This document shows positions 34,096 through 55,008 of a DNA stretch of 64,000 bases, piece by piece. Under the pieces are notes generated by a model, which saw only the letters and a program-made list of their open reading frames with translations, searched no databases and was not told the DNA's origin. The DNA is from the human T2T-CHM13v2.0 reference genome, Homo sapiens, in assembly GCF_009914755.1 (NCBI RefSeq), contig NC_060936.1; one strand, written 5' to 3'. How positions within the stretch are numbered: the first letter of the stretch is position 1; each line of letters opens with the position of its first letter. Position numbers and translations under genes: made by a program.

Positions 34096-37000
34096 GGCCA
34101 ACTATGGTTGCAATGGGTGGTTATTACTGCAGAAAGCTATTTATTTGCACTTGTAGATAAGAAAAGTGGTTTGAACAATTCGAGGCTGTGGAAATACTTG
34201 CCAAAAAGAGAGAAGACTCTTATAGGGGTTGAGTTAATTACAGAGTGGACTGGTTGGTATTGGATTTCTAACCAGCCTTGGGGGAATACCCTTGTAGTGA
34301 GGAGCACTGCAGAACTGTTGCATGGGCAAGTCCCATGGCATTTCCCTATTTTGGGGACCCAGAATTCAATGTAAATGTGAAATCCTTAATTTTTAAAGAT
34401 CTAGATGCTCTGCCTTCCGGTTGTGTCTGCTTCTCATATATTAGATATTAAACTCTAAAAACAGCAAATTTTTTTTTGTGCTATTCATTAAATGGCTCCA
34501 CCCTGAAGCCAGTGATTCAATTAAGAAACAAGCTAAGCTGAAAAAGCCAACTATCAAACTAAATCAGTCTCCAAAATACAACTTTCTACACTGGGATAGC
34601 TGGCAAGCTATATGCAGAAGAATGAAACTGGACCACTACATTTCACCATGTACAAAAATTAACTAAAGATGAATTAAAGATTTAAATGTAAGATCCTCAA
34701 ACTATAAGAATCCTAGAAGAAAACCTAGGAAATACCATTCTGTACATTGGCCTTGGGAAAGAATTTATGACTGAGGCTGCAAAAACAGTTGCAATGAAAA
34801 CAAAAATTGACAGATGGGAGCTAATTAAACTAAAAAGCTTCTGCATAGCAAAAGAAACTATTAACAGAGTAAACAGACAACTAACAGAATGGGAGAAACT
34901 ATTTGCAAACTATGCATTCTGCAAAGATTTAATATCCATAAGCTATAAGAAACATAAGCAAATAAGTCTATTAAAAAGTGGGCAAGAGACACGAACAGAC
35001 ACTTCTCAAAATGACATACTAGCGGCCAACAAATATATGAAAAAATGCTCCACGTCACTAATCATCAGAGAAATGCAAATCAAAACCACAGTGAGATACC
35101 ATGCCACACCAGTCAGAATGGCTATTAGTGAAAAGTCAAAAAACAACAGATGTTGGCCAAGCTCTGGCAAAAAGAGAATGCTTATAAACTGTTGGTGGGA
35201 ATGTAAATTAGTTCAGTTCCTGTGGAAAGCAGTTTGGAGGTTTCTCAAAGAACTTAAAACAGAACTACCATTTGATTCAGGAATCCCATTACTGGATATA
35301 TATCCAAAAGAAAATACATCATTCTGTTACCAGAAGGGGGTCCCAATCCAGACCCCAAAAGAGGGTTCTTGGATCTCATACAAGAAAGAAAGAATTCAGG
35401 GTGAGTCCATAGAATAAAGTGAAAGCAAATTTATTAAGAAAGTAAAGGAGTAAAAGAATAGCTACTTAATAGGCAGAGCAGCCTTGAGAGCTGCTGGTTG
35501 CCCATATTTATGATTAGCTCTTGATTATATGCTAAACAAGGGGTGGATTATCCATACCTCGCCTTTTTAGACCATATTGGGTAACTTCCTGACATTGCCA
35601 TGGTATTTGTAAACTGTCATGGTGCTGGTGGGAGTGTAGCAGTGAGGACAACCAGAGGTCACTCTGATCACCATCTTGGTTTTGGTGGATTTTGGCCAGC
35701 TACTTTCCTGCAACCTGTTTTATCAGCAAAGTCTTTATGACCTGTATCTTGAGCTGACCTCCTGTCTTATTCTGTGACTTAGAGTGCCTAACCATCTGGG
35801 AGTGTAGCCCAGTAGATTTCAGCCTCATTTATCTCAGCTCCTATTTAAGATGGAGTTTCTCTGGTTCCAATGCCTCTAACGTTTACCCCCTCCCTTTTAT
35901 AAGAGAACCGTTAATCCTAAGAGTTGCAGAAGGGCAAAGATCCATCACCTATAACTTCTTCATGCTGAATAGGGGTGATGATATTCCTGCCTAACTATTA
36001 GGGTCTCCTGCATTCAGGGGAGAGAGGAGCTCTGTCAGAAAACATCAGTATGCTGAGGACCATTCATAACTCCAAGTGCTAACAAAAAGTGGTATCTGGA
36101 AGATTAGTATGTATTTAATTTAAGAAAACATTGAGTAAGCTTATCCTGTATTCCAACACAAAGAGTACAACAGCAAGACGTTCCACAACAGTAAAGCAAA
36201 ATAACCCCATAGCAGCTAGCAACCTGCTATGGGGTTGCTAGCTGATTCCAATACATGCCCAGAATTAGAATATTGATCCAGATTTTTATGTTACCAATCC
36301 CTCTTGTTTATTCTGAGTAACAGCCAGAGATCACTGATTGGTTCACAGGAATAAGCAGGGTTGGTTTAATTGCAGAAGAAAACTAGAATCTAATACCAAG
36401 TATGATACAGTTTTTGAAACAATTTTTTTTCTCTCTAGTCTCCCATTTTCACTAAAGACAAATCATGGTAAGACCAATTTGATTTATTATAGTTCGCCTG
36501 ATCATTTGTATAAAGTGCAGCAAGAATAATTTTTTTTTTTTACATAGGCTCTTTTAAAATTGGCTTTGGTGGAACTCTGTTCCATAAGGAATCTCATATA
36601 AGATGTTTTTGAAGCTGATCCCAGCCATGGGTTTGTACCCTCAAATACCTATAACTTGGGTAAATTTCTTTCCTCTTGAGACTCCAAGATAACTTGGGGC
36701 TCCTGGACCTGTCAGAAAGTGACATTCTTTACTTACTGCAGGTTAGAAACCTGCACAGGGACTGCATAGACAAGGTATGAGGCCAGTTTTCCCAAGGGGC
36801 TTTCATTGGCTTTACAAATCAAATTTGAGTCCTTAAATAAAAGTATGCCGTTCCAGTCAAAGCTTTGATAAAATAACCAGTTTACTCAATTGTGTCCTGT
36901 TACGAATGAAAGCATTCTTATTGCACTTGTGTAAATAACTATATGCCATAAGTTAAGAATATGCACAAATAGTTTCCAAATTTTGGAGAAATCATATAGA

Positions 37001-39156
37001 GAGGAACAAATATGCCCCTAATTTTGTTCACAGGAGTATACTTTACTCAATTGTTAAAAGCTGTAAATAGCTCAGAAGAACAGTTTAACTCTGAAAAACA
37101 GAACAAAGGATCAGCAATGTTTTTAAACAAAGTCAAAAAGATTATTTCAGTCTTCTATTAGTTCAGTCCATGCAGTTAACTCCTGTTTTGCTATTCATGA
37201 ACATTTCAGATCTCCATGAGAGTCCTGAAAAGTTTTCCTCTATTCTAATGTCACAATTTCCAAAGTTGTCAGAAACCTGCATTCAAGAACACCTGTTGGA
37301 GTCATTGTTTATTATAAACCACCTTCTAAAGAGGACCAAAAAAGACAATTGTCTATGGAAGAGATTACAAAAAGTCTTAGGACAGCTGCTATTAAAGCCA
37401 TAATTGACAAGGAAATTTTGCTTCTGTGGCATACAACATTTTATATAACTCAATTATTAATAACATACACTAAGCCGTATCAGAATTGTAGGAGATTCTT
37501 ATAATTTTGGAACACATACCTATAACATATTTATACAAATACAGCCCAAAGAAAGCCAAATACCACTTCATATTTGACAATGCTTCCTATATGATTTTAT
37601 ACTAAATAAACCAGATTTCATCTTTACATTAGTGTGTTATTAATGTCAAATCCAATTCTTAGTAAAACCTTATAGACAAATTGATCCAATTTTAATATCT
37701 GACTGTATGGTAAGATTTTTATTAACTTTTTATAACCCTTTGCAATTTTTGTGAAAGAGATCAGTGCTCTGAGAGAAAACCTGTTGTATTTTAATTCCAA
37801 TGTTCAATATATGGAAAAACTGAATAATACCTCTCTAACTTTAGCCAATGTGTTCACACATAGTTTTTTTTTAACCATTTTTTTTTTTTTTACAAACCTT
37901 CCACAACTTGCTTAAACCTTCAGCTATACTTTATCTAACTTAAAACAATCCTTTAACCTTTTAATCTAGGCCAAAAAAAAAAAAAAAAAAAAGGCATGGA
38001 AGACATTCCCATGCCTTCTTATAATCTTTTACCAAAAAACACATTTCTCTTTCCTTGCACACCTTGCATGTAAAACTGTCTTTGTTTCCCAAAAATTACT
38101 TAAGTCACATAAACTAAAAGGCATTACAGTTTTTACTTTTCTGCCAAATATTTGATTTGAACACTTACTAATTTCGAACCAATTAAAGCTTTTATATATC
38201 CCACACAAAACATATATAAATACGCAGAAGATCCTACAGTTACAAGGTTTTTCATTCACCAGTTTTTTTTTTTTTAATCTAAGTTCTGTGGTGCATGTGC
38301 AGAATGTGCAGGTTTGTTACATAGGTATATATGTGCCATGGTGGTTTGTTGCACCCATCAACCCATTATCTACATTAGGTATTTCTCCTAATGCTATCCC
38401 TCCCTTAGCTCCCCACCCCCTGAACAGGCCCAGGTGTGTGACATTCCCCTCCTTGTGTCCATGTGTTCTCATTGTTCAGCTCCCACTTATGAATGAGAAC
38501 ATGTGGTGTTTGGTTTTCTGTTCTTGTGTTAGTTTGCTGAGAATGATTGTTTCCAGCTTCATTCATGTTCCCTGCAAAGGACATGAAGTCATCCCTTTTT
38601 ATGGCTGCATAGTATTCCATGGTGTATAGGTGCCACATTTTCTTTATCCAGTCTATCATTGATGGGCATTTGGGTTGGTTCCAAGTCTTTGCTATTGTGA
38701 ATAGTGCTGCAATAAACATACATGTGCATGTGTCTTTATAGTAGCATGATTTCTAATCCTTTGGGTATGTATCCAGTAATGGGATTCCTGGGTCAAATGG
38801 TATTTCTAGTTCTAGATCCTTGAGAAATCACCACGCTGTCTTCCACAAAGGTTGAACTAATTTACACTCCCACCAACAGTGTAAAAGTGTTCCTATTTCT
38901 CCACATCCTCTCCAGCATCTGTTATTTCCTGAATTTTTAATGATCCCCTTTCTAACTGGTGTGAGATGGTATCTCATTGTGGTTTTGATGTGCATTTCTC
39001 TGATGACCAGTGATGATGAGCTTTTTGTCGTATGTTTGTTGGCTGCGTAAATGTCTTCTTTTGAGAAGTGTCTGTTCATATCCTTCACCCACTTTTTGAT
39101 GGGGTTGTTTTTTTCTTATAAATGTGTTTAAGTTCTTTGTAGATTCTGGGTATTAG

Positions 39157-39567
<411 letters not shown>

Positions 39568-40920
39568 AGAAGTTCTTTAGTTTGATTAGATGTCATTTGT
39601 CAATTTTCGCTTTTGTTGCCATTGCTTTTGCTGTTTTAGTCATGAAGTCTTTGCCCATGCCTATGTCCTGAATATTATTGCCTAGGTTTTCTTCTAGAAT
39701 TTTTATGGTTTTGTGTTTTACATTTAAGTCTTTAATCCATCTTGAGTTAATTTTTGTATAAGGTGTAAGGAAGGGGTCCAGTCTCAGTTTTCTGCATATA
39801 GTTGGCCAGTTTTCTCAGCCCCATTTATTAAATAGGGAATCCATTCCCCATTGCTTGTTTTTATCAGGTTTGTCGAAGATCAGATGGTTGTAGATGTGTG
39901 GTGTTATTTCTGAGGTCTCTCTTCTGATCCATTGGTCTATATATCTGTTTTGGTACCAGTGCCATGCTATTTTGGTTACTGGAGCCTTGTATAGCTTGAA
40001 GTCAGGTAGTGTGATGCCTCCAGCTTTGTTTTTTGTTTTGTTTTGTTTTCTGTTTTTTGTTTTTTTTTTGCTTAGGGTTGTTTCGGTTATGCAGGCCCTT
40101 TTTTGGTTCCATATCAAATTTAAAGTAGTTTTTTTTCTAAATCTGCGAAAAATGTCAATGGTAGTTTGATGGGAATAGCATTGAATCTATAAATTATTTT
40201 GGGTATTATGACCATTTTCACAATATCAGTTCTTCTTATCATGAGCATGGAATGTGTTTCCACTTGTTTGTGTCCTGTCTTATTTCCTTGAGCAGTGATG
40301 TGTAGTTCTCCTTGAAGAGGTCCTTCACATCCTTGTAAATTGTATTCCTAGGTATTTTATTCTCTTTGTAGCAATTGTGAATGGGCGTTCATTCATTATT
40401 TGTCTCCCTGTTTGTCTGTTATTGGTGTATAGGAATGCCTGTGATTTTTGCACATTGATTTTTTATCCTGAGACTTTTCTCAAGTTGCTTATCAGCTTCA
40501 GGAGATTTTGGGCTGAGTTGATGGGGTTTTCTAAATATAGAATCATGTCATCTGCAAACAGCCACTTTGACTTCCTCTTTTCCTATTTGAATACCCTTTA
40601 TTTCTTTCTCTTGCCTGTTTGCCCTGGTCAGAACTTTCAATACTATGTTGAACAGGAGTGGTGAGAGAGGGTATCCTTGTCTTGTGCCGGTTTTCAAAGG
40701 GAATGCTTTTAGTTCTTGCCTATTCAGTACAATATTGGCTATGGGTTTGCCATAAATAACTCTTATTATTTTGAGATATGTTCTCAAATTAATACCTAGT
40801 TCATTGAGAGTTTTTAGTATGAAGGGCTGTTGAATTTTGTTGAAGGCCTTTTCTGCATCTATTGAGATAATCATGTCTGGTTTTTGTCATTGGTTCTGTT
40901 TATGTGATGGATTATGTTTA

Positions 40921-41379
<459 letters not shown>

Positions 41380-41808
41380 CTAGATTTTCTAGTTTATTTG
41401 CGTAGAGGTGTTTATAGTATTCTCTGACGGTAGTTTGTATTTCTGTGGAATTGGTGGTAATATCCCCTTTATCATTTTTTATTGCATCCATTTGATTCTT
41501 CTCTCTTTTCTTCTTTATTAGTCTGGCTAGTGGTCTATTTTGTTGATCTTTTCAAAATACCAGCTCCTGGATTCATTGATTTTTTTGAAGGCGTTTTCGT
41601 GTCTCTATCTCCTTCAGTTCTGCCCTGATCTTAGTAATTTCTTGTCTTCTACTAGCTTTTGAGTTTGTTTGCTCTTGCTTCTCTAGTTCTTTTAATTGTG
41701 ATGTTAGGTTGTCAATTTTAGATCTTTCCTGCTTTCTCTTGTGGGCATTTATTGCTATAAGTTTCCATCTAAACACTGCTTTAAATGTGTCCCAGAGATT
41801 CTGGTATG

Positions 41809-41893
41809 TTGTTTTTGTTCTCATTGGTTTCAAAGATCATCTTTGTTTCATTGTGTCTTTGTTGTCATTGGTTTCAAAGGACATCTTTAATTC
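41809..41893. repeat. ~43-bp tandem duplication within L1 ORF2
   Basis: ttg..tttgtt(c/g)tcattggtttcaaag..catcttt occurs twice. Confidence 0.8.
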
Positions 41894-44800
41894 TGCCTTA
41901 ATTTTGTTATATACCCAGTAGTCACTCAGGAGCAGGTTGTTTAGTTTCCATGTAGTTATGTGGTTTTGAGTGAGTTTCTTAATCCTGAGTTCTAATTTGA
42001 TTGCACTGTGGTCTGAGAGACAGTTCATCATGATTTCCATTCTTTTGCATTTGCTGAGGAGTGTTTTACTTAGAATTATGTGGTCAATTTTAGAATAAGT
42101 CTGATGTTGTGGTGAGAAGAATGTATATTCTGTTTATTTGGGGCGGGGAGTTCTGTAGATGTCTATTAGTTCTGCTTGGTCCAGAGCTAAGTTTGAGTCC
42201 TGAATATCCTTGTCAATTTTCTGTCTCTTGGATCTAATATTGACAGTGGGGTGTTAAAGTCTCCCACTATTATTGTGTGGGAGTCTAAGTCTCTTTGTAG
42301 GTCTCTAAGAACTTGCTTTATGAATCTGGTTGCTCCTGTACTGGGTGCATATATATTTAGGATAGTTAGCTCTTCTTGTTGCATTGATCCCTTTACCATT
42401 ATGTAATGCCCTTCTTTGTCTCTTTTGATCTTTGTTGGTTTAAAGCCTGTTTTATCAGAGACTAGGATTGCAACCCTGTTTTTTTTTTTTTGCTTCCCAT
42501 TTGCTTGGTAAATATTTCTCCATTCCTTTATTTTGAGTCTATGTGCGTCTTTGCACGTGAGATGGGTTTCCTGAATACACTACATTGATGGGTCTTGACT
42601 TTTCATCCAGTTTGCCAGTCTGTGTCTTCTAATTGCGGCATTTAGCCCATTTACATTTAAGGTTAATATTGTTATGTGTAAATTTGATCCTGTGATTATG
42701 ATGCTAGCTGGTTATTTTGCCCGTTAGTTAATGCAGTTTCTTCATAGTGTCAATGGCCTTTACAATTTGGTACGTTTTTGCAGTGGCTGGTACTGGTTGT
42801 TCCTTTGCATGTTTAGTGCTTCCTTCAGGAGCTCTTGTACGGCAGGCCTGGTGGTCTCTTAGCATTTGCTTGTCTGTAAAGGATTTTATTTCTCCTTTGC
42901 TTATGAAGTTTAGTTTGGCTGGATGTGAAATTCTGGGTAGAAAATTATTTTCTTTAAGAATGTTAAATATTGGCCCCCCACTGTTTTCTGGCTCATAGGG
43001 TTTCTGCAGAGAGATCCGCTGTTAGTCTGATGGGCTTCCCTTGTGGGTAACCTGACCTTTCTCTCTGGCTGCTCTTAACCTTTTTTCCTTTATTTCAACT
43101 TTGGTGAATCTGATGATTATGTGTCTTGGGGTTACCCTTCTCTAGGAGTGTCTTTGTGGTGTTCTCTGTATTTCCCGAATTTGAATTTTGGCCTGTCTTG
43201 CTAGGTTGGGGAAGTTCTCCTGGATAATATCCTGAAGAGTGTTTTCCAACTTGCTTCCATTCTCCCCATCACTTTTCAGGTACACCAAGCAAATGTAGAT
43301 TTGGTCTTTTCACATAGTCCCATATTTCTTGGAGGCTTTGTTCTTTCCTTTTCATTCTTTTTTCTCTAATCTTGTCTTCACATTTTATTTCATTAATTTG
43401 ATCTTCAGTCGCTGATATCCTTTCTTCCGCTTGATTGATTTGGCTATTGACACTTGTGTATACTTCACGAAGTTCTCATGCTGTGTTTTTCAGCTCTATC
43501 AAGTCATTTATTCTCTTCTCCAAACTGGTTATTCTAGTTAGCAATTTATTTAATCTTTTTTCAAGGTTCTTAGCTTCCTTGCATTGGGTTAGAACATGCT
43601 CCTTTAGCTCAGAGGAGTTTGTTATTACCCACCTTCTGAAGCCTACTTCTGTCAATTCATCAAACTCATTCTCCATCCAGTTTTGTTCCCTTGCTGGCGA
43701 GGAGTTGTGATCCTATGAAGGAGAAGAGACATTCTGGTTTTGGGAATTTTCAGTCTTTTTGCACTGGTTTCTCCCCATCTTCATGGATTTATCTACCTTT
43801 GGTCTTTGATGTTGGTGACCTTTGGATGGGGTCTCTGAGTGGACATCCTTCTGTTGATGTTGATGTTATTCCTTTCTGTTTGTTAGTTTTCCTTCTAACA
43901 GTCTGGCCCCTCTGCTGCAGGTTTGCTGCAGTTTGCTGGAGGTTCACTCCAGACTCTGTTTGCCTGGGTATCACTAGCGGAGGCTGCAGAACAACAAAGA
44001 TTGCTGCCTGTTCCTTCCTCTGCAAGCTTCTTCCCAGAGGGACACCCACCAGCTGCCAGCCGGAGCTCTTTTGTATGAGGTGTCTGTTGGCCCCCACTGG
44101 GAGGTGTCTCCCAGTCAGGCAATGTGGGGGTCAGGGACCCGCTTGGAGGAGGCAGTCTGACTCTTAGCAGAGCTCAAACGCTGTGCTGGGAGATCCACTG
44201 CTCTCTTAAGAGCCATCAGGCAGGAGTGTTTAAGTTTACTGAAGTTGTGCCCACAGCCGCCCCTTCCCCCAGGTGCTCTGTCTCAGGGAGATTGGGGTTT
44301 TATCTCTAAGCCCCTGACTGGGACTGCTGCCTTTTTTTCAGAGATGCCTTGCCCAGAGAGGGGGAATCTAAAGAGGCAGTCTTTCCACAGCAGTGTTGCT
44401 CCACCCAGTTCGAACTTCCCGGTGGCTTTGTTTACACTGTGAGGGTAAAACTGCCTACTCAAGTCTCAGAATTGTGGACGCTCTTCCCCCCACCAAGTTT
44501 GAGTGTCCCGGCTTGCCTTCTGACTGCTGTGCTGGCAGTGAGAATTTCAAGCCAGTGGATCTGAGCTTCTTGGGCTCCGTGGGGGTGGGACCTTCCAAGC
44601 CAACCACTTGGCTCCCTGGCTTCAGCCCCCTTTCCAGGGGAGTGAACGGTTTTGTCTCACTGGCATTCCAAGCGCCACTGGGGTATGAAAAAAAACTCCC
44701 GCAGCTAGCTTGGTGTCTGCCCAAACAACTGCTCAGTTTTGTGCTTAAAACCCAGGGCCCTGGTGGCATAGGCACTGGAGGGAATCTCCTGGTTTGCAGG

Positions 44801-46126
44801 TTGCAAAGACCATGGGGAAAGCACAGTATCTAGGCCAGAGTGCACTGTTCACAGTCCCTCACGGCTTCCCTTGGCTAGGGCAGGGAATTCCTCGACTCCT
44901 TGCACTTCCTGGGTGAGGCAATACCCCACCCTGCTTTGGCTCACCCTCCATGGGCTGCACCCACTGTCCAACCAGCCCCAGTAAGATGAACTGGGTACCT
45001 CAGTTGGAAATGCAGAAATCACCTGCCTTCTGCGTCGATCTCGCTGGGAGCTATAGACTGGAGCTGTTCCTACTCAATTATTTTGCCAGCGATCTCATTC
45101 ACCGGTTTTTAAGTTGTCTTTAAAGCATGCAGTTTCTAAGGCCTAATAAGCAGACACAGCTGGAAGGCAAAACAGATCTCCAGAAATTAAGGACTCCATT
45201 TTTATATCAGATCCTTGATCCCAAAAAGATTGAATTGGCCCTTCTCCAAAGGATGTTGCCTACCTAGTTATTACACACCACATTTTTCTTATTATGTGTA
45301 GTAATTTCTGATACCCTCAAAAGTCAAAACCATCAGCTAATGTAATGCAAAACAGAACATAGCCTTAGATTTTGAGAAGGATCTATCCACTTTTAATTCC
45401 TTGTATTCCATGAGGAAAACATTTATTTTTCCCGGAAACTGGGTCTGTGGTTCCACCTCTGTTTTTCCTAAGGAGTCCCAAGCTATCAGAGCTTGGATAT
45501 CAACTTTTAGTTAAACTGACTTTTAATCATAGCACTCTAAAAAAAAAATCCTTTTAAATTTTTTATTACCCCACTTTAGCTAGGCCAAACAGTTGATATT
45601 TCTGGTTTTTGAACTGCAACAAAAATAACCTCACACATGCTCTGAAAAGGAAATTCAAGACAGTTTGCGGAAAAGAAGAGAATCAAAAGATGGCAAAGGT
45701 CACCCAAATATCAATCAGATATGCTCGTCCCCTAAGGTAGGGGTTGAACTCTGAACCCAGGCCACCACTGTGAAAAGAGAAAGTACGGCCACATGGTTAT
45801 AAGGTCAAGCTCCCAAGGACAAACAAGACAAGAGAGAAACCTCATCCAGTTTTTTTTTTTTTTTTTCCTTTTCAGGACCCTTCAGCAAAGTTTATAACTG
45901 ACCAATTTGCTGGGCCATCTTTAACAGCAGGCTTATGAGGTCCTAGGCCCGCATTCTATCCTACGGTACCCCTCTTTATGACAGAACAAAACAGAAAGAC
46001 CCACAAAGCACATCAGATTCACTACAGCTTAAGACTAGCCTCACAAATCCTTTTTTCCATTAATCAAAACTTTACAGAGGAGATAAATAGTGATTTTTTA
46101 AAACCATTCATTCAACTGGTTTGCAC

Positions 46127-46290
46127 AGAGAGAGAGAGAAAGAGAGGAAAGCATTGCCTGATGTAAGGTGGGGAAGGTGAAGAGCTCAGGGAGGCTAGAG
46201 AAAGATGAGATAGAGACAGAGAGAGAGAGAGAGAAGCATTGCCTGATGTAAGATGGGGAAGGTGAAGAGTTCAGGGAAGCCAGAGAAAGA
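46127..46290. repeat. 85-bp tandem duplication with (GA)n in the MER41 leader
   Basis: aagcattgcctgatgtaag(g/a)tggggaaggtgaagag(c/t)tcaggga at 46149 and 46234. Confidence 0.88.
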
Positions 46291-46722
46291 CTCACCCATT
46301 GCTCAAAAGTTCAGGCAACTGCTTGTTGGTCAGAGAGGGATCTTTTCCAGCAGTCTCATCAGCTGTCAAATTTCCTTTTTTTGGGAAGGAAAAAGCTTCC
46401 TATGTCCCATGGTCCTATATGTGCCTAATTCTGTCACCCATAGCTGTCAGCAAAGAGTGCAAGGCAGATTACTTCAAACAGAATAGTTAATATCCCATAG
46501 TGCCAAACTCGTTCTTAGGCAACACGGACTTTACCTGGAGGGGCCTCTAATCCCCTAAATCTTAGGAAGGACTCTAACCTTCCTAAGTTGTGCCTCAAAC
46601 CCATGTTTGGTCAAGCATCCTTTTCTTTTATTGAGAGGAGTCTTTAACCCACACAGTCTTAGGAGAGATTCTAACTCCTCTATGTTGGGCCTCTAACCCA
46701 ATCCCATCCTTTACCTGGTTAA

Positions 46723-47674
<952 letters not shown>

Positions 47675-48640
47675 TAAGTATGGCTACTCCATTAGGCAGT
47701 GCAGCCCTGAGGGCTGCTAGTTGCCCATATTTATTTTTCTTGATTATATGCTAAACAAGAGGTGGATTATTCATGCCTCCCCTTTTTAGACCATGTAGGG
47801 TAACTTCCTGACGTTATGTCATTTATAACCTGTCATGGTGCTGGTGGGACTGCAGCATTGAGGATGACAAGAGGTCATTTTTGTCGCCATCTTGGTTTTG
47901 GCCAGCTTCTTTACTGCAACTTGTTTATCAGCAAAGTCTTTATGACCTGTATCTTGTGCTGATCTCCTATCTCATTCTGTGACCTAGAATGCATAATTGT
48001 CTGGAAATGTAGGTCAGTAGGTTTCAGCCTCATTTTACCCAGCTACTAAGATGGAGTTGCTCTGGTTACAACACCTCTGACAATTTCACCAAAGAGACAC
48101 ATACCCTCTTATGTTTATCACAGCATAGTTCTCAATAGCAAAGATGTGGAATCGATCTAGGTGCCCATCAACAGTGGATTGATGTGGAAATGTACATATA
48201 CACCATGGAATACTGGGCAGCCATAAAACAGAACAAAATCACGTTCTGTAGACCCTGTATCAAACAACAACATCAACAACAACAAACCAGACACTGGGGA
48301 TTATTAGATGGGGGAGGGAGAGAGGGGAGTCAAGGGTTGAAAAACTAACTTTGGGTACTGTGCTCACTACCTGAGAGACTGGATCATTTGTACCCCAAAC
48401 CTGAACATCAAGCAATACACTCATGTAACAAACCTGCAAATGTATCCCCTGAATCTAAAATAAAAGTTGAAATTATAAAGAGAAAAAAATACTACATTTT
48501 CTTTTTTTTAATACAACTTTATGAAATTTAGCTGGCTAGTTTGAGACTCTTTGAAATAAATTTACATCGATAAAAGAAATATTTATTTGTAAAGGTATCT
48601 TCTTTTCTGAACCTAAACCCCTTGAAACATTTAGTGCTTT

Positions 48641-52625
<3,985 letters not shown>

Positions 52626-52966
52626 CATTTAGTGGTTTTTAATGAGAAAGACAGTGGCTTGAAGTTTACATAAGAAACCTTACTTTTGTTTGAGATACTT
52701 TTCCTGGTAATCTTGTCTTAACTGAGCTTTTACCTATGTCCTTCATTATGTCAGCAAAAATGATATTTAGATCTAAGTTCTGTGCCTTTGAGATGTAAAT
52801 TTTCTGCCTGTCACTTAAGAGTCGCATCCTTGGAGGTACACATTTACAGTTGCCTAGCTAACAGTTATTTAGGGCAATGGAACAGGTAACCAAGAGATTG
52901 ATAGTCTAAAGACAAGAGAGAAACTATATGAAAACTGGCAAATGAAGAATCTTATAAAAGCTATAT

Positions 52967-53273
<307 letters not shown>

Positions 53274-53411
53274 AAAAGCTAGATGATCTGCTTCTATCTG
53301 TATGTCTGTATGTTTATGTGTTTATGTATCTTATATGTATGTGATATTTAACTGCCAAAATATATATTTAAAAAGCTCTAATTAATTGCATAAAGAAAAA
53401 GTAGTACTGTT

Positions 53412-53705
53412 GGCTGGGCACAGTGACTCATGCCTGTAATCCCAGCACTTTAGAAGGCCAATGTGGGAAAGTTGCTTGAGATCAGGAGTTCAGGACCTGC
53501 CTGGGCAACAAGGTGGGACCCCATCTCTACAAAAAATAAAAAAATTAGCCTGGCATGGCAGTGCATGCCTGCGGTCCCAGCTACATGGGAAACTGAGGTG
53601 GGAGGATCACTTGAGCTAGGGAGGTCAAGGCTGCAGTAAGCTATGTTTGCTCCACTGCACTCCAGCCTGGGTGACAGAGCGAGACCCTGTCTCAAAAAGA
53701 AGAAG
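53412..53705 (+). mobile_element. AluJo-like element
   Basis: gggaggtcaaggctgcagt, gagaccctgtctc. Confidence 0.9.
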
Positions 53706-53994
53706 GGCCAGGCGCAGTGGCTCACGCCTGTAATCCCAGCACTTTGGGAGGCCGAGGCAGGCAGATCATGAGATCAGGAGATCGAGACCATCCTGGCTAA
53801 CACGGTGAAACCCATCTCCACTAAAAACGCAAAAAATTAGACAGGCGTGGTGGTGGGCGACTGTAGTCCCAGCTACTCAGGAGGCTGAGGCAGGAGAATG
53901 GCGTGAACCCTGGAGGCAGAGCTTGCAGTTCGTTGAGATAGTGCCCCTGGGTGACAGAGTGAGACTCTGTCTCAAAAAAAAAAAAAAAAAAAAA
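53706..53994 (+). mobile_element. AluY in the tail of the AluJ, with a ~12-bp 3' internal deletion; GA-rich run follows
   Basis: ccatcctggctaacacgg, gaatggcgtgaacc, gagcttgcag; gtgcc|cctgggtgac lacks actgcactccag. Confidence 0.9.
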
Positions 53995-55008
53995 GGGAGG
54001 AGGAGGAAGAATGAAGGAAGAGGAGGAAGGAGAAGAAAAAGAAGAAGAACAACAACTAACAACTTACATCAAATATTTTATCAGGAAAATAGAAAGTAAC
54101 TCAAATGCCTTTTAGTTCACATGACTTGGGTATATCTTTGGCAAATAAGAGTAGTTTAATATTGTTAATGAAAATAGTTTTGTCTTCTGATCAACAAAAT
54201 ACCCACGTATTTAACTTTAGGGTTTTTGCTTAAGTGGTTACTGCCTAACATTTTCAAGTTGTCAAAATTATTAAGAAAGAAATAACTTGAGATGATGGCT
54301 ACCTTTGTTTAATAGACAGTTCAAGCATAATTGTTAAAAATGAATGCATTAGATAAATGTAAATGGAATAAATGAACTTTTTATTGTTTCAAAAATATTT
54401 TCAGTAACCTAATCTTACAGTCGTGTTAAATTAAGTTAACAAATAATCATAAAATGTCTGAGTCATTTCTAGGTAAGTTAAAATACTGGAATATTAATTG
54501 TTAAATATAGGTTTGTTTACATACTTCAGCATCTTATTTTTATATAGTGTAGGAAAGCTAAATATATTTAGATCTGTTAATAAATAATCAAACATCTTTC
54601 TAAAAATTATGAAGTGATTTTTATTTACAAATGCTGATATAAAACAGTTGAAAATTATGTCTAGGTTCTTCACTAGAAATTAAGGCTATTAAGAGTTAAA
54701 ATTGTAGTTAAACTACTAGATAGAAGAGAAACAATTCTGTATACAGAGTGTATAAGGAAAAGTAGGATCCATTTTTGATAAAGAATGTTATAAAGAAGGC
54801 ATGAGAGAGTGGTTTTTGTTAAAGGAAAAGTAATTTTGTCCTGAAGTTTTTAAAGGTTAAGTTGAAGGGATTTTAAAAAATAATAGCTAAAACTGGATGA
54901 ATATAGAAAGTTGGTGAAAGAAAGAGAATGGGAAAAATTGTAGGAGATTGTAAAAGGCTTACAGATATCTTATCTTGTGTGGCCAAAGCTGATTGAGATT
55001 GGATGAAT

